From the IMG/VR virus record IMGVR_UViG_3300017732_000001: 62,011 nucleotides of DNA, one strand, 5' to 3'. The stretch comes from an uncultured virus (IMG/VR IMGVR_UViG_3300017732_000001) (taxonomy: Duplodnaviria > Heunggongvirae > Uroviricota > Caudoviricetes). The translations under genes were made by a program, and so were the position numbers. Below are positions 28,828-39,066 of the stretch, one piece after another. The stretch's first letter is position 1. Every line of letters starts with the position of its first letter. The notes below the pieces were generated by a model. It searched no databases. It saw only the letters and a list, made by a program, of their open reading frames with translations, and was not told the origin of the DNA.

Positions 28828-28849
28828 ATACTTAAAAAGTATTCCCACG

Positions 28850-29680
28850 ATGGCAAACAAAGGGTTACAATTTGAACACGCAGTGATGTACTCGGCAACG
28901 AGTAAGATCATCAATAAGAATGCGGATAATCAAAAGGACTATGAAGATGCAGCAGGTCGTATAAACAGCATCCCCAATGACATTCGGTCTACTGCTGATC
29001 GAATTGTCGAATCAATGGCACCTAGTAATAACGTTGAAGCACGGCAAAAATATTATCAATCGTTTCAAAAAATGTCTGGTGGTGGAGAAGAACCAAAGAC
29101 TGACATTATGTTTAAGTCAGCGGGTACGATATACCGATGCTCTATGAAGTGGGGTAAATCTTATCAGTTGACCTCAGCAGGTATCGATAAGTCAGTTCAA
29201 GTATTTCAAAAAGTATTAGCAAAGACTGCTAAACAATGTGGTGGTGGACAGCAAGATGCACAGACACTTGGTTACTTACAGTTGATCTTGGAAAGGATTA
29301 ATAACAAATGTGAGAACGCAAAGGGTACAGTTGATCAACCTACTGCTAAAAAGGTGTTATCCGATATTAAAAAGTCAGGTGGATTGAACGAACAGTTACA
29401 AGAAGTGCTAGGTTCAAAGTCAAAACCTGATGGTGCTAAGGCATATGATTGCTTCAAATATAATCTGACACACGAGTGTATGACAGGTGCTATGTTATTC
29501 AACAATGACGACAGAGCAGCAACCCATTTACTCACTGAAGCAGGTGTCAAACCTATTGACGAGAAGGCAGTCCGAGATGTGATGAAAGTGGCAGGTGTCA
29601 GAATGTCACTGAAGGGCAGGGGTAAGGACAAAGTTACAGGTGTCCGTCAGAATGCCATTGTGATCCGATACGAGGTATAA
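28850..29680 (+). CDS. Putative PD-(D/E)xK-fold nuclease
   Basis: GLQFE..EPKTDIMF..CSMK pattern; CATAAATA late-like promoter at 28823-28830. Confidence 0.55.
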   Translation: MANKGLQFEHAVMYSATSKIINKNADNQKDYEDAAGRINSIPNDIRSTADRIVESMAPSNNVEARQKYYQSFQKMSGGGEEPKTDIMFKSAGTIYRCSMKWGKSYQLTSAGIDKSVQVFQKVLAKTAKQCGGGQQDAQTLGYLQLILERINNKCENAKGTVDQPTAKKVLSDIKKSGGLNEQLQEVLGSKSKPDGAKAYDCFKYNLTHECMTGAMLFNNDDRAATHLLTEAGVKPIDEKAVRDVMKVAGVRMSLKGRGKDKVTGVRQNAIVIRYEV

Positions 29681-29687
29681 TATAGGT

Positions 29688-30881
29688 ATGGCAAAGCAGA
29701 ATACTCACCTCGAACACATCGAGGATGACATCTTGAACCAAGGATCCAAAGGTGGACACAATGCCATTGCATTTCTCAGGGAACTGGGCAAGATGCTGAC
29801 TGAACCTGCATCAGGTGTCGGTGTTACTACTAAGTGGGACGGTGCTCCTGCTGTTATTTGTGGTAAACATCCCTCAACTGGTAGGTTTTTTGTTGGTACT
29901 AAGGGTGTCTTCGCTAAGATGCCAAAACTTTGTATGAATGATGAGGATGTTGATAGTTATTACAGTGGAGAACTGGCAAAGAAATTAAAGATGTGCTTGC
30001 GTCTCCTCCCTCAGGTACCTATGAATGGTGTATTACAGGGTGATTTATTGTTCACAAAAGGTGATGTGTCAACAAAGACGATGAATGGTCAGAAGTGTCA
30101 TACTTTTATGCCAAATACCATCACATATGCTGTACCTGTTAACACACCTATGGGTAAGAAGGTAGCAACAAGTCAACTTGGTATTGTATTTCATACCACA
30201 TACACTGGTGGTCCTACACTCAGGGATATGAAACCTGGATTTGGTGTAGATGCAAGAAGAATGCAGGGCACACCTAACGTTGCAGTATTCTCTTCAAACT
30301 TTACTGACGCTACAGGTGCTTCTACATTCAAACCTACAGAGAGAAGTAAGTATGATCTGTTAGTTAACCGTGCAGAGGGTTCTCTCAAGCAAGCATCTAG
30401 ATTCTTAGACATCCTACAGACTAGTGGTGAGGGTAAGTTTATGCTTGCTGCTATGTTCAAGGTATATTTCAACTCATTTATTAGGACTGGTAAACCTATC
30501 ACAAATGCACAGCAAGTTGCACTAGGATTCTCTGCATTCTATGCAGCAGCACTTGATAAAGAGATCAGTCTGAAGAAGCAAGAGACAACCAAGAAAAAGT
30601 ATGCCACTATTAAAGAGAATGGTATGAAATTCTTGAATCAAAATGGACGTGCTGTGTATATGACTGTTGCATCTTATATGAATATCACTGCTGCCAAGGC
30701 GGTTATCATCAAACAACTCAACAAAGTCAAAGATATTGGTACATATATTAAGACTGATAATGGATACAGAGTCACTGCACCAGAGGGTTTTGTAGCAATC
30801 AAATCAGGTTCTGCACTTAAAATTGTAGACCGTTTGGAGTTCTCTAGAGCGAACTTCACAGTAGAAAAAAATTGGGGGTGA
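29688..30881 (+). CDS. Conserved protein with ATP-dependent ligase/nucleotidyltransferase-like motifs
   Basis: HLEHIED, TKWDGAPA (KxDG), LQGDLLF, PEGFV and LKIVDR. Confidence 0.65.
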   Translation: MAKQNTHLEHIEDDILNQGSKGGHNAIAFLRELGKMLTEPASGVGVTTKWDGAPAVICGKHPSTGRFFVGTKGVFAKMPKLCMNDEDVDSYYSGELAKKLKMCLRLLPQVPMNGVLQGDLLFTKGDVSTKTMNGQKCHTFMPNTITYAVPVNTPMGKKVATSQLGIVFHTTYTGGPTLRDMKPGFGVDARRMQGTPNVAVFSSNFTDATGASTFKPTERSKYDLLVNRAEGSLKQASRFLDILQTSGEGKFMLAAMFKVYFNSFIRTGKPITNAQQVALGFSAFYAAALDKEISLKKQETTKKKYATIKENGMKFLNQNGRAVYMTVASYMNITAAKAVIIKQLNKVKDIGTYIKTDNGYRVTAPEGFVAIKSGSALKIVDRLEFSRANFTVEKNWG

Positions 30882-30911
30882 TAAATAGAAATGGAAAACA
30901 CTAACATATCA

Positions 30912-32063
30912 ATGAAGTTCAGTCAGTTTATAACTGAGGCACGCACCGCTGCAGGTGAAGTTGCTGCTAAGAGAGGACTCCAACACGCAGGGCACGGTTA
31001 CTATGCTGATAGGCAAGGTAACATTGTTGCTAAGTCTGAAGGAGGGAATCGTCTTGTACCTGTATCAGGTAAAGAAGCAGAACAAGCACAGAGTGGAGCA
31101 AGTCAAGGTGCAGCAGAAGATGAGCATATTGAAAGCGGAGAAGGTCTTGGACATATTGCTCTAACCTTTGGACGTTTCAATCCTCCTACTGTTGGTCACG
31201 AGAAATTATTGAACACTGTTGCTGAACAAGGTGCTGATAGTTATAGAATCTATCCATCACGTACTGTGGATCCTAAAAAGAATCCATTGGAACCTGATGT
31301 TAAGATCGATTTTATGTCAAAGATGTTCCCGAATCATTCGGATGCTATCGTTAATGATGGCGATATGTCTAACATCTTCAATGTACTTTCTAACCTCAAT
31401 CAAGAGGGTTACTCAGAAGTAACGATGGTTGTTGGTTCTGATAGAGTATCAGAATTCAAAGCATTGCTTGAGAAGTACAACGGTCAGGCATATGAATTCG
31501 AGACACTGAATGTAATGTCTGCAGGAGAAAGAGATCCTGACGCAGAGGGTGTAGAAGGTATGAGTGCTTCTAAGATGCGAGCGTTTGCAGCATCAGGAGA
31601 CCTCGAAGGTTTTGCTCAGGGTGTACCTAGCAATGCAAAGAAACTTGCTGAACAACTAATGATGGAAGTTCGTGCAGGTATGGGTATTCAAGAACAAGAA
31701 CAGGAAGAAGAGGTTTCTGAACTCTGGGACATCGCTCCTAAGTTGGATCAGGAAAATCTTCGTGAAGCGTTCTTCGAAGAAAAAATCTTTACAGTTGGTT
31801 CTATAGTGGAGCACCTAGACACAGGTGTAAGAGGAACAATCGTAAAGAAAGGAACTAATTATGTAATCTTTGAGACTCCACAAAACTATCGATTCAACGT
31901 TTGGTTGTCTTCTATTATGGAAGTCAAAGAACTACACAAGTCAGCAGACGATGGTAGTGGAAACGACTGGAAGATAGGCACTGACACATACAGACAAGCA
32001 GTTCAGGCAATGACACCTGGGCAGGGAGTCAAGAAGTTCAGTGATTTTAGAAAGACTAAATAG
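30912..32063 (+). CDS. HIGH-superfamily cytidylyl/adenylyltransferase with an N-terminal capsid-targeting-like sequence
   Basis: TFGRFNPPTVGH, VVGSDR and MSASKMR; N-terminus MKFSQFITE. Confidence 0.8.
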   Translation: MKFSQFITEARTAAGEVAAKRGLQHAGHGYYADRQGNIVAKSEGGNRLVPVSGKEAEQAQSGASQGAAEDEHIESGEGLGHIALTFGRFNPPTVGHEKLLNTVAEQGADSYRIYPSRTVDPKKNPLEPDVKIDFMSKMFPNHSDAIVNDGDMSNIFNVLSNLNQEGYSEVTMVVGSDRVSEFKALLEKYNGQAYEFETLNVMSAGERDPDAEGVEGMSASKMRAFAASGDLEGFAQGVPSNAKKLAEQLMMEVRAGMGIQEQEQEEEVSELWDIAPKLDQENLREAFFEEKIFTVGSIVEHLDTGVRGTIVKKGTNYVIFETPQNYRFNVWLSSIMEVKELHKSADDGSGNDWKIGTDTYRQAVQAMTPGQGVKKFSDFRKTK

Positions 32064-32084
32064 TATTACGCAAATTTTCGACAG

Positions 32085-34046
32085 ATGGATTTAAAATTAA
32101 CTTCGAAACTGCTGAAGTATTCACCAGCAGACGTACAATCAGTAACTTACGTTGTTGAATACGCAGAGCATAACTACACTGGAGAGGCACGTGATGCCTA
32201 TCTAGAGAAGCGTCTTGTCACACCAACTGAGAAGGCAATCGCTGAAGTTATTATCGAAGGAAAGGCAGGTCTTTGGTCAAATATTCACGCTAAACGCAAG
32301 CGTGGTGAAGCACCTGCTAAGAAGGGTGACAAGGATTATCCTAAGACCCTAAACGTTGAGCATCACGAGAAGGATGCTGACGGTAAAGTGATTGAGCACG
32401 AAATCGAAGCAGATGGAACTCCATCTTCAGTAGAAGAAGGTAGTGCATATGGTATTACCAAAGGATCTGGTAAGGCAGGTGGTGCTATGAAAGATTTCCT
32501 TGATAAAAAAGCAAAGAAATTAGAAGCAGCACAAAAGAAACAGAAACCAGAGTACAGAAACAACCCTGCGTTTGGTGATCCATCACATCATTCTAATGCT
32601 AAGAGTAAAAACGAAGCGTTAGAGATGTCTAAAAAAGATTATGATAAAATTCACAAAGATTTTAAGTCTGACGATCCTAAGAATCCAAGAACTACTAAGT
32701 ATGTTCCAGGCAAAGGTACAGTATCAATGCCTGTGAAGTTCAAGGAGTCTGCTAATGCAGCAACACTTAACAACAAACCAAGTGCTGCATCAAGTAAGAT
32801 CGACACCCCCAAAGAAAAGCAGTCCACCGTTGATCCTCAGTGTGAGAATCAAAGATCTATCAAAGCAAAAGGTGCGACTCCTAAAACTGTGGTTGGGGAA
32901 GGACTTAAGCAAGCACGTAAAAACGTCGGCGCTAGTACGTGTTGGGACGGTTACGTTGCTAAAGGTACCAAGAAGAAGAACGGTAAAGACGTTCCTAACT
33001 GTGTACCCGCTAACGAGGAATGGGTATGGGATGTTGTAGATGAACTCGGTGACGAGTTTGACATCCTTACAGAGCAGGACCTACAAGATGTTGTTGTAGA
33101 GGCACTGTTAGATTTCGATACAGAACAGAATCTAACAGAAGCACTCGACATCTTGGACGGATTCGAATTGCTCACCGAAGATTATTACGACTCTGCTGTA
33201 AAAGCATCTAAAGATAGTGCAAAGCGTATCTCTAGAGGCAAGCGTGTAGAGCGTATGAAAAATGCTGCTTCCAAGGCAGGTTCTATCGTAAAGAAAGGAC
33301 TTGCTAAGGCAGGATCTGCTGCTAAAGCAGGTGCTAAGGGAGCAGCAAAAGGAGCAGTAAGAGGAGCAGGTTATGCTACTGGTGTAGCACAACGTGCAGC
33401 GTCCTCTGCTAAATCTGAATTTCAGAAAGGCAGAGAGCGTGGTCTCAAAGGAAGTTCTGCTTCTAGTTCATCATCTGGAAGTTCATCTGGATCCTCAGGT
33501 GGATCATCTTCTGGATCATCTTCTCCATCCTCTTCAGGATCTGCACCTACCTCAACAGGTGGTTCAGCAGAGACTGGTACCAAAAAGAGATCTCTTCTCA
33601 GTCGTGCTGCAGGTGCAGTCGGCAGAGGTCTTAAGAAAGCAGTCGGCGCTGGCGTAGGCGCTGCTAAAGCAACTGGTAAAGCGGCAGGTAATCTTGGTAA
33701 AAAAGTTATTGGTAAAACCTCAAGAGCAATCTCTAAAGGGTCTGATAAACTCGCAAGAAAACTAGGAGAAGAGTCTACTATGGACGAATCAAGAACAGAT
33801 AAGGTACGTCGCCTTATGCAAATGCAACAAGAAACTGTCGATCACGACAACGCACAGGCACGTATTCCTGATGCTGCGTCTTGGAGAGACAGACTTGCTT
33901 ACAACAAACAGATTATGGAAGAACCAACACCCGAACAACTCAAGAAGAGAGCAGTCCTTAAACAAACTAAGGATCTTACCAACAAAGGTAAGCACAAGGA
34001 AGCATCTGAATTATTCAAGAAGAACTTCCCTAACTTCGGAAAGTAG
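32085..34046 (+). CDS. Modular basic/low-complexity protein, probable internal head protein
   Basis: CTAAATA late-like promoter; Lys/Gly/Ala/Ser-rich modules separated by hydrophobic-X-E sites. Confidence 0.7.
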   Translation: MDLKLTSKLLKYSPADVQSVTYVVEYAEHNYTGEARDAYLEKRLVTPTEKAIAEVIIEGKAGLWSNIHAKRKRGEAPAKKGDKDYPKTLNVEHHEKDADGKVIEHEIEADGTPSSVEEGSAYGITKGSGKAGGAMKDFLDKKAKKLEAAQKKQKPEYRNNPAFGDPSHHSNAKSKNEALEMSKKDYDKIHKDFKSDDPKNPRTTKYVPGKGTVSMPVKFKESANAATLNNKPSAASSKIDTPKEKQSTVDPQCENQRSIKAKGATPKTVVGEGLKQARKNVGASTCWDGYVAKGTKKKNGKDVPNCVPANEEWVWDVVDELGDEFDILTEQDLQDVVVEALLDFDTEQNLTEALDILDGFELLTEDYYDSAVKASKDSAKRISRGKRVERMKNAASKAGSIVKKGLAKAGSAAKAGAKGAAKGAVRGAGYATGVAQRAASSAKSEFQKGRERGLKGSSASSSSSGSSSGSSGGSSSGSSSPSSSGSAPTSTGGSAETGTKKRSLLSRAAGAVGRGLKKAVGAGVGAAKATGKAAGNLGKKVIGKTSRAISKGSDKLARKLGEESTMDESRTDKVRRLMQMQQETVDHDNAQARIPDAASWRDRLAYNKQIMEEPTPEQLKKRAVLKQTKDLTNKGKHKEASELFKKNFPNFGK

Positions 34047-34048
34047 CA

Positions 34049-34495
34049 ATGGGTAAAAAATCAAAAATTATTATCAACCCCCAGAAGGAATTACTGATGA
34101 AAGAGTCAATCCGCGCCCTTCTTCAGGCAGAACTCGCTGACCTGAAAGAAGCATCTAAAAAGAAACTCGATCCTGTCGGAAAAGAAGACAAGGATATTGA
34201 TAACGATGGTGACCACGATAAATCAGATAAGTATCTGTTGAATCGTAGGAAGACTGTTAGCAAAGCAATGGGAAAGAAAACCCATATCTGTGCTAAGTAT
34301 GTTGAGCACGCTGAATATGGTCTATGCTATACAATTCCTGAGGCACATACCTTGGCAGAGATGGCAGAACCTGACGAGTATGGACATACTCACGCTGTTA
34401 CCCACTACGACATCGTAGATGAGGCAGAGCAAATGTATAGTAACGTTCCTGTCACTGACCTAGATTTGGTTATTGTTGAATCGCATAAACACTAA
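34049..34495 (+). CDS. Probable internal head protein with a DxDNDGD motif
   Basis: [24 protein letters not shown]. Confidence 0.65.
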   Translation: MGKKSKIIINPQKELLMKESIRALLQAELADLKEASKKKLDPVGKEDKDIDNDGDHDKSDKYLLNRRKTVSKAMGKKTHICAKYVEHAEYGLCYTIPEAHTLAEMAEPDEYGHTHAVTHYDIVDEAEQMYSNVPVTDLDLVIVESHKH

Positions 34496-34884
34496 TGCAA
34501 CGCTTTAAAGATTTCATCAGTGAATTGAATCGTTACGAGAAAGAAACTGGCAAGTCCACTGGACGTGTCCCTGGTCGTACTGGTCTCAATACTCCTGCTG
34601 CAGGAACCCCCACTCAAAAAGGTGGGTCGGGTAAGTCTGCTGTATCTAACGTCAAGCAGATGATCCGTAAGATGCACGGTAAACCTACAGGTCAGCAGAA
34701 GCAAGCAAAAGGTGTTAAGTCTGATGCTGGTACTGGTAAGTACAAAGCAATGGCAGACAAAAAGAAAGAGACTGCCTCTGATGCTAAGAAACGTGGGTTC
34801 AAAACCACTAAAGATTATACTAATACTGTGGCACGTTATGGTGGAAAAGATAACTATGACAAGGGTCGCGGACTAGGGTCCTGA
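34495..34884 (+). CDS. Basic protein with a T4 internal-protein-like N-terminus
   Basis: [10 protein letters not shown] followed by a Lys/Gly-rich body. Confidence 0.7.
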   Translation: MQRFKDFISELNRYEKETGKSTGRVPGRTGLNTPAAGTPTQKGGSGKSAVSNVKQMIRKMHGKPTGQQKQAKGVKSDAGTGKYKAMADKKKETASDAKKRGFKTTKDYTNTVARYGGKDNYDKGRGLGS

Positions 34885-34920
34885 TGGCACATATATAGAG
34901 TAGGTTTCTCTCTATTAATT

Positions 34921-35115
34921 ATGACAAAATTCCTTCTACCTTTCGCAATTAAAATTATCGACGCAGCAGTTGATAAAATTCCAGATAATATTGATGACTT
35001 GATTAAGAAATTGATCATCTCATTAGCAAAGAAAGCAGTATCAAGAACCGACAATAAAGTTGATGATCAACTAGTTGAGGCACTTGAGAAAGCGCTATTC
35101 CCTACAGAGGGTTAG
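34921..35115 (+). CDS. Small helical hypothetical protein
   Basis: TDNKVDDQLV motif. Confidence 0.7.
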   Translation: MTKFLLPFAIKIIDAAVDKIPDNIDDLIKKLIISLAKKAVSRTDNKVDDQLVEALEKALFPTEG

Positions 35116-35128
35116 TCTCTCAGACACT

Positions 35129-35164
35129 AGGGACCTACGGGTCCCTTTCGTGTTTGTATAAATA
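35129..35164 (+). terminator. Terminator-like hairpin followed by a late promoter
   Basis: AGGGACC-TACG-GGTCCCT; TATAAATA at 35157-35164. Confidence 0.7.
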
Positions 35165-35194
35165 AAATATAGGAAACATTCGGAGTAAATTAAG

Positions 35195-36016
35195 ATGTCC
35201 GTTTTCGGAAAAATCGACGCAGCAACGTTTTCCAATAATGTCGCGGTCACAAACGGTGACGCAACAGTTACTAAGAATGCCGCCGACACCGTTGTTGTCG
35301 GCGATGTTCTGGAATTGGCAAGTGTTGCTTACATCGTTAAACAGGTTACAAGCACAACTGCAGTTGAATTGCATAAAGTATATGCAGGTAGCACAAACTC
35401 AGGTTTGGCAGGTGCTGTAAGGAGAACACCTCCTAAAGCAGTCGCCGAGTATGTCATCAAAGGTGGAGACACCGTGGCATATGACCTAGTGTTTGTTGAC
35501 ACTACAGAGATGGTACTAGCAGAGAACAAGTCTCGTGGTATCTCAGGTCCTGGTTGGTGGTTGTATAACACATACACAACTGCAGCAGGTGACACACGTC
35601 ACAAGGCAGAGTGTCTTGCATTCGTTCACGCGACTGCTGCCGCTGCTGGTGACGACGCTGATGATACAGTGGTAGCAGACGTTGCTTCTGCTGTGACTAT
35701 CACAGGTCAACCCGCTAACTCTTCCTCATCTTCAGGTGCAGGAACATTCGCAGTTACTACAAGCACAACTGGTACCCCAGGAGCATTGGTCTACACCTGG
35801 CAGAGACAGAAAACTGGATCTACTAGATGGACTAAGATCACTGCATCTCTTGACACAGGTATTACATACGCTGACTTCACTACAGCAACTCTTGCTTACA
35901 GTGGACTTGCTGGTGATACACTTGACGGTTACAACTATCGCGTTAAAATCACCTCAGCAGGTGGTACAGAGGAAGTTATTTCTAATGGCGCAGGTACATT
36001 GACCTTCAGTTCATAA
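35195..36016 (+). CDS. Virion structural protein with a C-terminal Ig-like domain
   Basis: Late promoter; GPGWW..RHKAE; ITGQP..YTWQ..YNYRVKI. Confidence 0.75.
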   Translation: MSVFGKIDAATFSNNVAVTNGDATVTKNAADTVVVGDVLELASVAYIVKQVTSTTAVELHKVYAGSTNSGLAGAVRRTPPKAVAEYVIKGGDTVAYDLVFVDTTEMVLAENKSRGISGPGWWLYNTYTTAAGDTRHKAECLAFVHATAAAAGDDADDTVVADVASAVTITGQPANSSSSSGAGTFAVTTSTTGTPGALVYTWQRQKTGSTRWTKITASLDTGITYADFTTATLAYSGLAGDTLDGYNYRVKITSAGGTEEVISNGAGTLTFSS

Positions 36017-36034
36017 TAATAAACCCTCTTTGTA

Positions 36035-36406
36035 ATGAATTTGAATACTCTCACAGCGGACAACTTTATGATGTTCGCTATGAAACACTACGATAATCCC
36101 CAGTCAGTAACATACGATGATTTCCTAGAAGATATGATGCGCTTCAAATACTTGAAGCGTCTCTTCGGGAGATATATTAAGACTGGGGTTCTTCGTAACC
36201 ATTTAATACTGAATCATTTGATCGTATTATTCAATGTGTTTGGTGATGCCGCAATACCTTTGTTAGTCTATAAGGTTGACAAACAATATTGGGACATCCT
36301 TAAAACATATTTGGTGTACTTAAATAGATACCCCGAAACTGGATGTGGGACGCTAGATTATGTGGAAGTTGATCCATCCGTAAGTAAACAATTGAGTGAC
36401 CTCTGA
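36035..36406 (+). CDS. Conserved T4-like hypothetical protein
   Basis: FAMKHYDNP, RFKYLKRL and LILNHLIVLFNVF. Confidence 0.8.
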   Translation: MNLNTLTADNFMMFAMKHYDNPQSVTYDDFLEDMMRFKYLKRLFGRYIKTGVLRNHLILNHLIVLFNVFGDAAIPLLVYKVDKQYWDILKTYLVYLNRYPETGCGTLDYVEVDPSVSKQLSDL

Positions 36407-37671
36407 TGCCTGCCAAGTCTGTAGCACAACGCAAATTTATGGGGATGGTACGTGCCACCCAAAAGGGAGAGATGGATAATCCATCGCCTGAGTTAGAGCG
36501 TGCTGCAAAAGATATGGGAGCGAAGGCAGTTAATAAGTTTGCTAAAACAAAAGAAAAGAATTTACCTCAGAAGGTTGGGGAAGGTTATGGTGTTGGTGGT
36601 ACTCTGATGTTCTCTGGAACCCCAGGTGGATCATCTCATAGTAATACTAGAGTGGGTAGTATCAATAAGAAAGATACCAAGAAGAAGAAAACTAAGGAAG
36701 TTGAAGAAGGATACAAAGGAACTGCTGATCTTAGTCATATGCAAACACCAGAGCAAAAGAAAGCAGCAGATGAGAGATTGAAAAAAGCGAATAAGAAATC
36801 TTATCGTTCAGTTAAAGAAGAAATTCGATCTGTTGTTGAAGCAAAGTATGAGACAGGTGCTTCAACTTATGGCAAAGCATCTATTAGAAACAAGAGAGCA
36901 TTTGGATATGGTGGCAATGCTAAACCTCCTGCAGAAAGAAGCGCTGCTATTACAAGAAGGACTGATGAGCACAAAGCAAGAAGGAATGTAAAGAAGGGAA
37001 ACAAGTATGGTTCTCCTGATAGATATAAACCAACTGTTGATGGTGCACCTAGTGATGAATATAAAAAGAATAGGTACGTCACAAAGGAAGAGATGGATGC
37101 AATCCTGCACGAGATTGCATACACAGGACCTAACAAGGACGAGAGAAAGGTTATCAAGAAAATGGATAACAAAAAGTATGCTGCGAAACTAGCAGACTAC
37201 GAAAAGAATATGGATCCTAAGAAGCGTCAAGCACTTAAGGACAAAGCAACCAAGGGTATGAAGTTCGTGCACGAAGATGCACCTACAAATGGTACAGGAT
37301 CAGGAGCAGATGGAGCAGGATTCTCCTCTGATGCTGATGAGAATGGACCTACCGCAGGTATGGATCAACCGTTGGGTGGTACTATGAAGAAGATGAAAGG
37401 ACACGGTGGTCTGACAAAGAAGAAAGCAAAGTGTAAGAAATCTCCAGATGGTATAAATAAGATTTGTGAGTCCACTGAGGCAAGATACTTATCTTTCCTA
37501 GTACAGATGGAGGACGTTGAGTTTATATTCCAGGGCAAGTCACCTGCTGATGTTAAGATTAGACTTCGTAAAATCTATAGACCTGAGAAGTTGAAGGGTG
37601 TAAAAATTACACGTATGCTTCCTGCTCAAGTCCTGCATTATTATTGGGAAAAACGACAAGCATCAATGTAA
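36406..37671 (+). CDS. Modular basic protein, probable internal head protein
   Basis: MPAKSVAQRKFMG; VGE, VEE, VKEE and VHE module boundaries. Confidence 0.7.
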   Translation: MPAKSVAQRKFMGMVRATQKGEMDNPSPELERAAKDMGAKAVNKFAKTKEKNLPQKVGEGYGVGGTLMFSGTPGGSSHSNTRVGSINKKDTKKKKTKEVEEGYKGTADLSHMQTPEQKKAADERLKKANKKSYRSVKEEIRSVVEAKYETGASTYGKASIRNKRAFGYGGNAKPPAERSAAITRRTDEHKARRNVKKGNKYGSPDRYKPTVDGAPSDEYKKNRYVTKEEMDAILHEIAYTGPNKDERKVIKKMDNKKYAAKLADYEKNMDPKKRQALKDKATKGMKFVHEDAPTNGTGSGADGAGFSSDADENGPTAGMDQPLGGTMKKMKGHGGLTKKKAKCKKSPDGINKICESTEARYLSFLVQMEDVEFIFQGKSPADVKIRLRKIYRPEKLKGVKITRMLPAQVLHYYWEKRQASM

Positions 37672-38055
37672 ATGTCAGACATCAATAGCGCTATAATTGA
37701 ACGCCTAGAACGGGTGGTCGATTCGTTACAGGAAAATTCTGTACGAATGGGTCAACTTCTTGCTGTGCATAATGAAAAACTCAGCAAGCAAGATAAAGTA
37801 GACGAAGTATTATTTGAGAAGTTAGATAGACTATCTACTGATTTCAATAGAGAGACAGATGCTATAAAGAAAGGATGCGAAAGAGATATAAGAAAGGTAG
37901 ATGATAGACTTAGACTTATGGAGAAGAAGATGTGGTCTATATTTGGTGCTCTTAGTATCATAAGTTTCCTTGTCAGTCCTATAGGGCAGGCATTTATAAA
38001 ACCTGTGTTGACACAAACCGATCAATCAAGTATCATTAGAAGCGTCGATCAATAA
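37672..38055 (+). CDS. Coiled-coil protein with a C-terminal transmembrane helix
   Basis: LLAVHNEKL..RLRLMEKKMW followed by a transmembrane helix. Confidence 0.75.
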   Translation: MSDINSAIIERLERVVDSLQENSVRMGQLLAVHNEKLSKQDKVDEVLFEKLDRLSTDFNRETDAIKKGCERDIRKVDDRLRLMEKKMWSIFGALSIISFLVSPIGQAFIKPVLTQTDQSSIIRSVDQ

Positions 38056-38067
38056 TTTTAAGTTGGA

Positions 38068-39066
38068 ATGAGTTTCATTGACATCAAGTACGCTCGCATT
38101 GTCGGGTCAAGACTTGATAAGTTCAAAGAGAAAAAATCAACCCTCTATAATTTCAGATGCCCCTACTGTGGAGACTCCCAGAAGCAGGCATCTAAAGCGA
38201 GAGGGTATTTCTTTACCAAACAGAATGACATTATCTTTAAGTGTCATAACTGTGGGGTAGGAAGAACTCTTGGCAACTTCTTAAAAGAACAAGCGAGAGA
38301 CATATACGAATCCTATGTTTTAGAACGATACAAGGATGGATTGACAGGTAGAAGAACACGGGTTGCCAATCCAAATCCAGATGTCTTCAAAGCAAAACCA
38401 GTATTTAAAACAGGGACTAACCTTCCAAATATTTCTAGTCTAAATAATGAACATCCCGCAAGAAAGTACCTTGAACAAAGAGGCATTACAGGGTCGAAAC
38501 TCGACCTCATCTACTATGCAGATAAGTTCAAAGAGTACATCAACTCGCAGAAGCATACATTTGACAATCTCCAGAATGATAGACCCCGTATCATCATTCC
38601 GTTAATCGATAAAGACGGACAATGGTTTGGTGTACAGGGTAGATCCCTAATGCCCAATTCCAGACTCCGTTATATAACCATTCTTTATAATGAAAACAAA
38701 CCAAAGGTCTTTGGACAAGACAGACTTGATCCAAACAAACCAGTCTACCTCGTGGAAGGACCGTTTGATTCCCTCTTCTTGGAAAACGGTGCTGCTATGT
38801 GTGGGTCCGATCTTGATCCTAGGTCGCTTGGTTGGAGCGATTGTGTTTATGTTTTTGATAACGAACCACGTAACAAACAAATCACCGACAGGATCTCAGG
38901 GACCATCGACAGAGGTTACAAAGTAGTAATCTTCCCGTCAGGTATCCAACAAAAGGACCTTAATGATATGGTTCTTGCTGGACACAACGTACAAACCCTG
39001 GTAGAATCAAATACCTATCAAGGATTACAAGCAAAATTAAAATTATCTCAATGGAAGAAAGTATGA
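38068..39066 (+). CDS. gp61: DNA primase gp61
   Basis: CPYCGD..CHNCG zinc finger; EGPFDSLF, FDNEPRN and KDLND. Confidence 0.95.
   Translation: MSFIDIKYARIVGSRLDKFKEKKSTLYNFRCPYCGDSQKQASKARGYFFTKQNDIIFKCHNCGVGRTLGNFLKEQARDIYESYVLERYKDGLTGRRTRVANPNPDVFKAKPVFKTGTNLPNISSLNNEHPARKYLEQRGITGSKLDLIYYADKFKEYINSQKHTFDNLQNDRPRIIIPLIDKDGQWFGVQGRSLMPNSRLRYITILYNENKPKVFGQDRLDPNKPVYLVEGPFDSLFLENGAAMCGSDLDPRSLGWSDCVYVFDNEPRNKQITDRISGTIDRGYKVVIFPSGIQQKDLNDMVLAGHNVQTLVESNTYQGLQAKLKLSQWKKV

Noticed and set aside
33450..33570. Quasi-repetitive TCATCTGGA-type DNA (also at 61945-62011)
   Set aside because: It simply encodes Ser/Gly low-complexity linkers and is not a repeat element.
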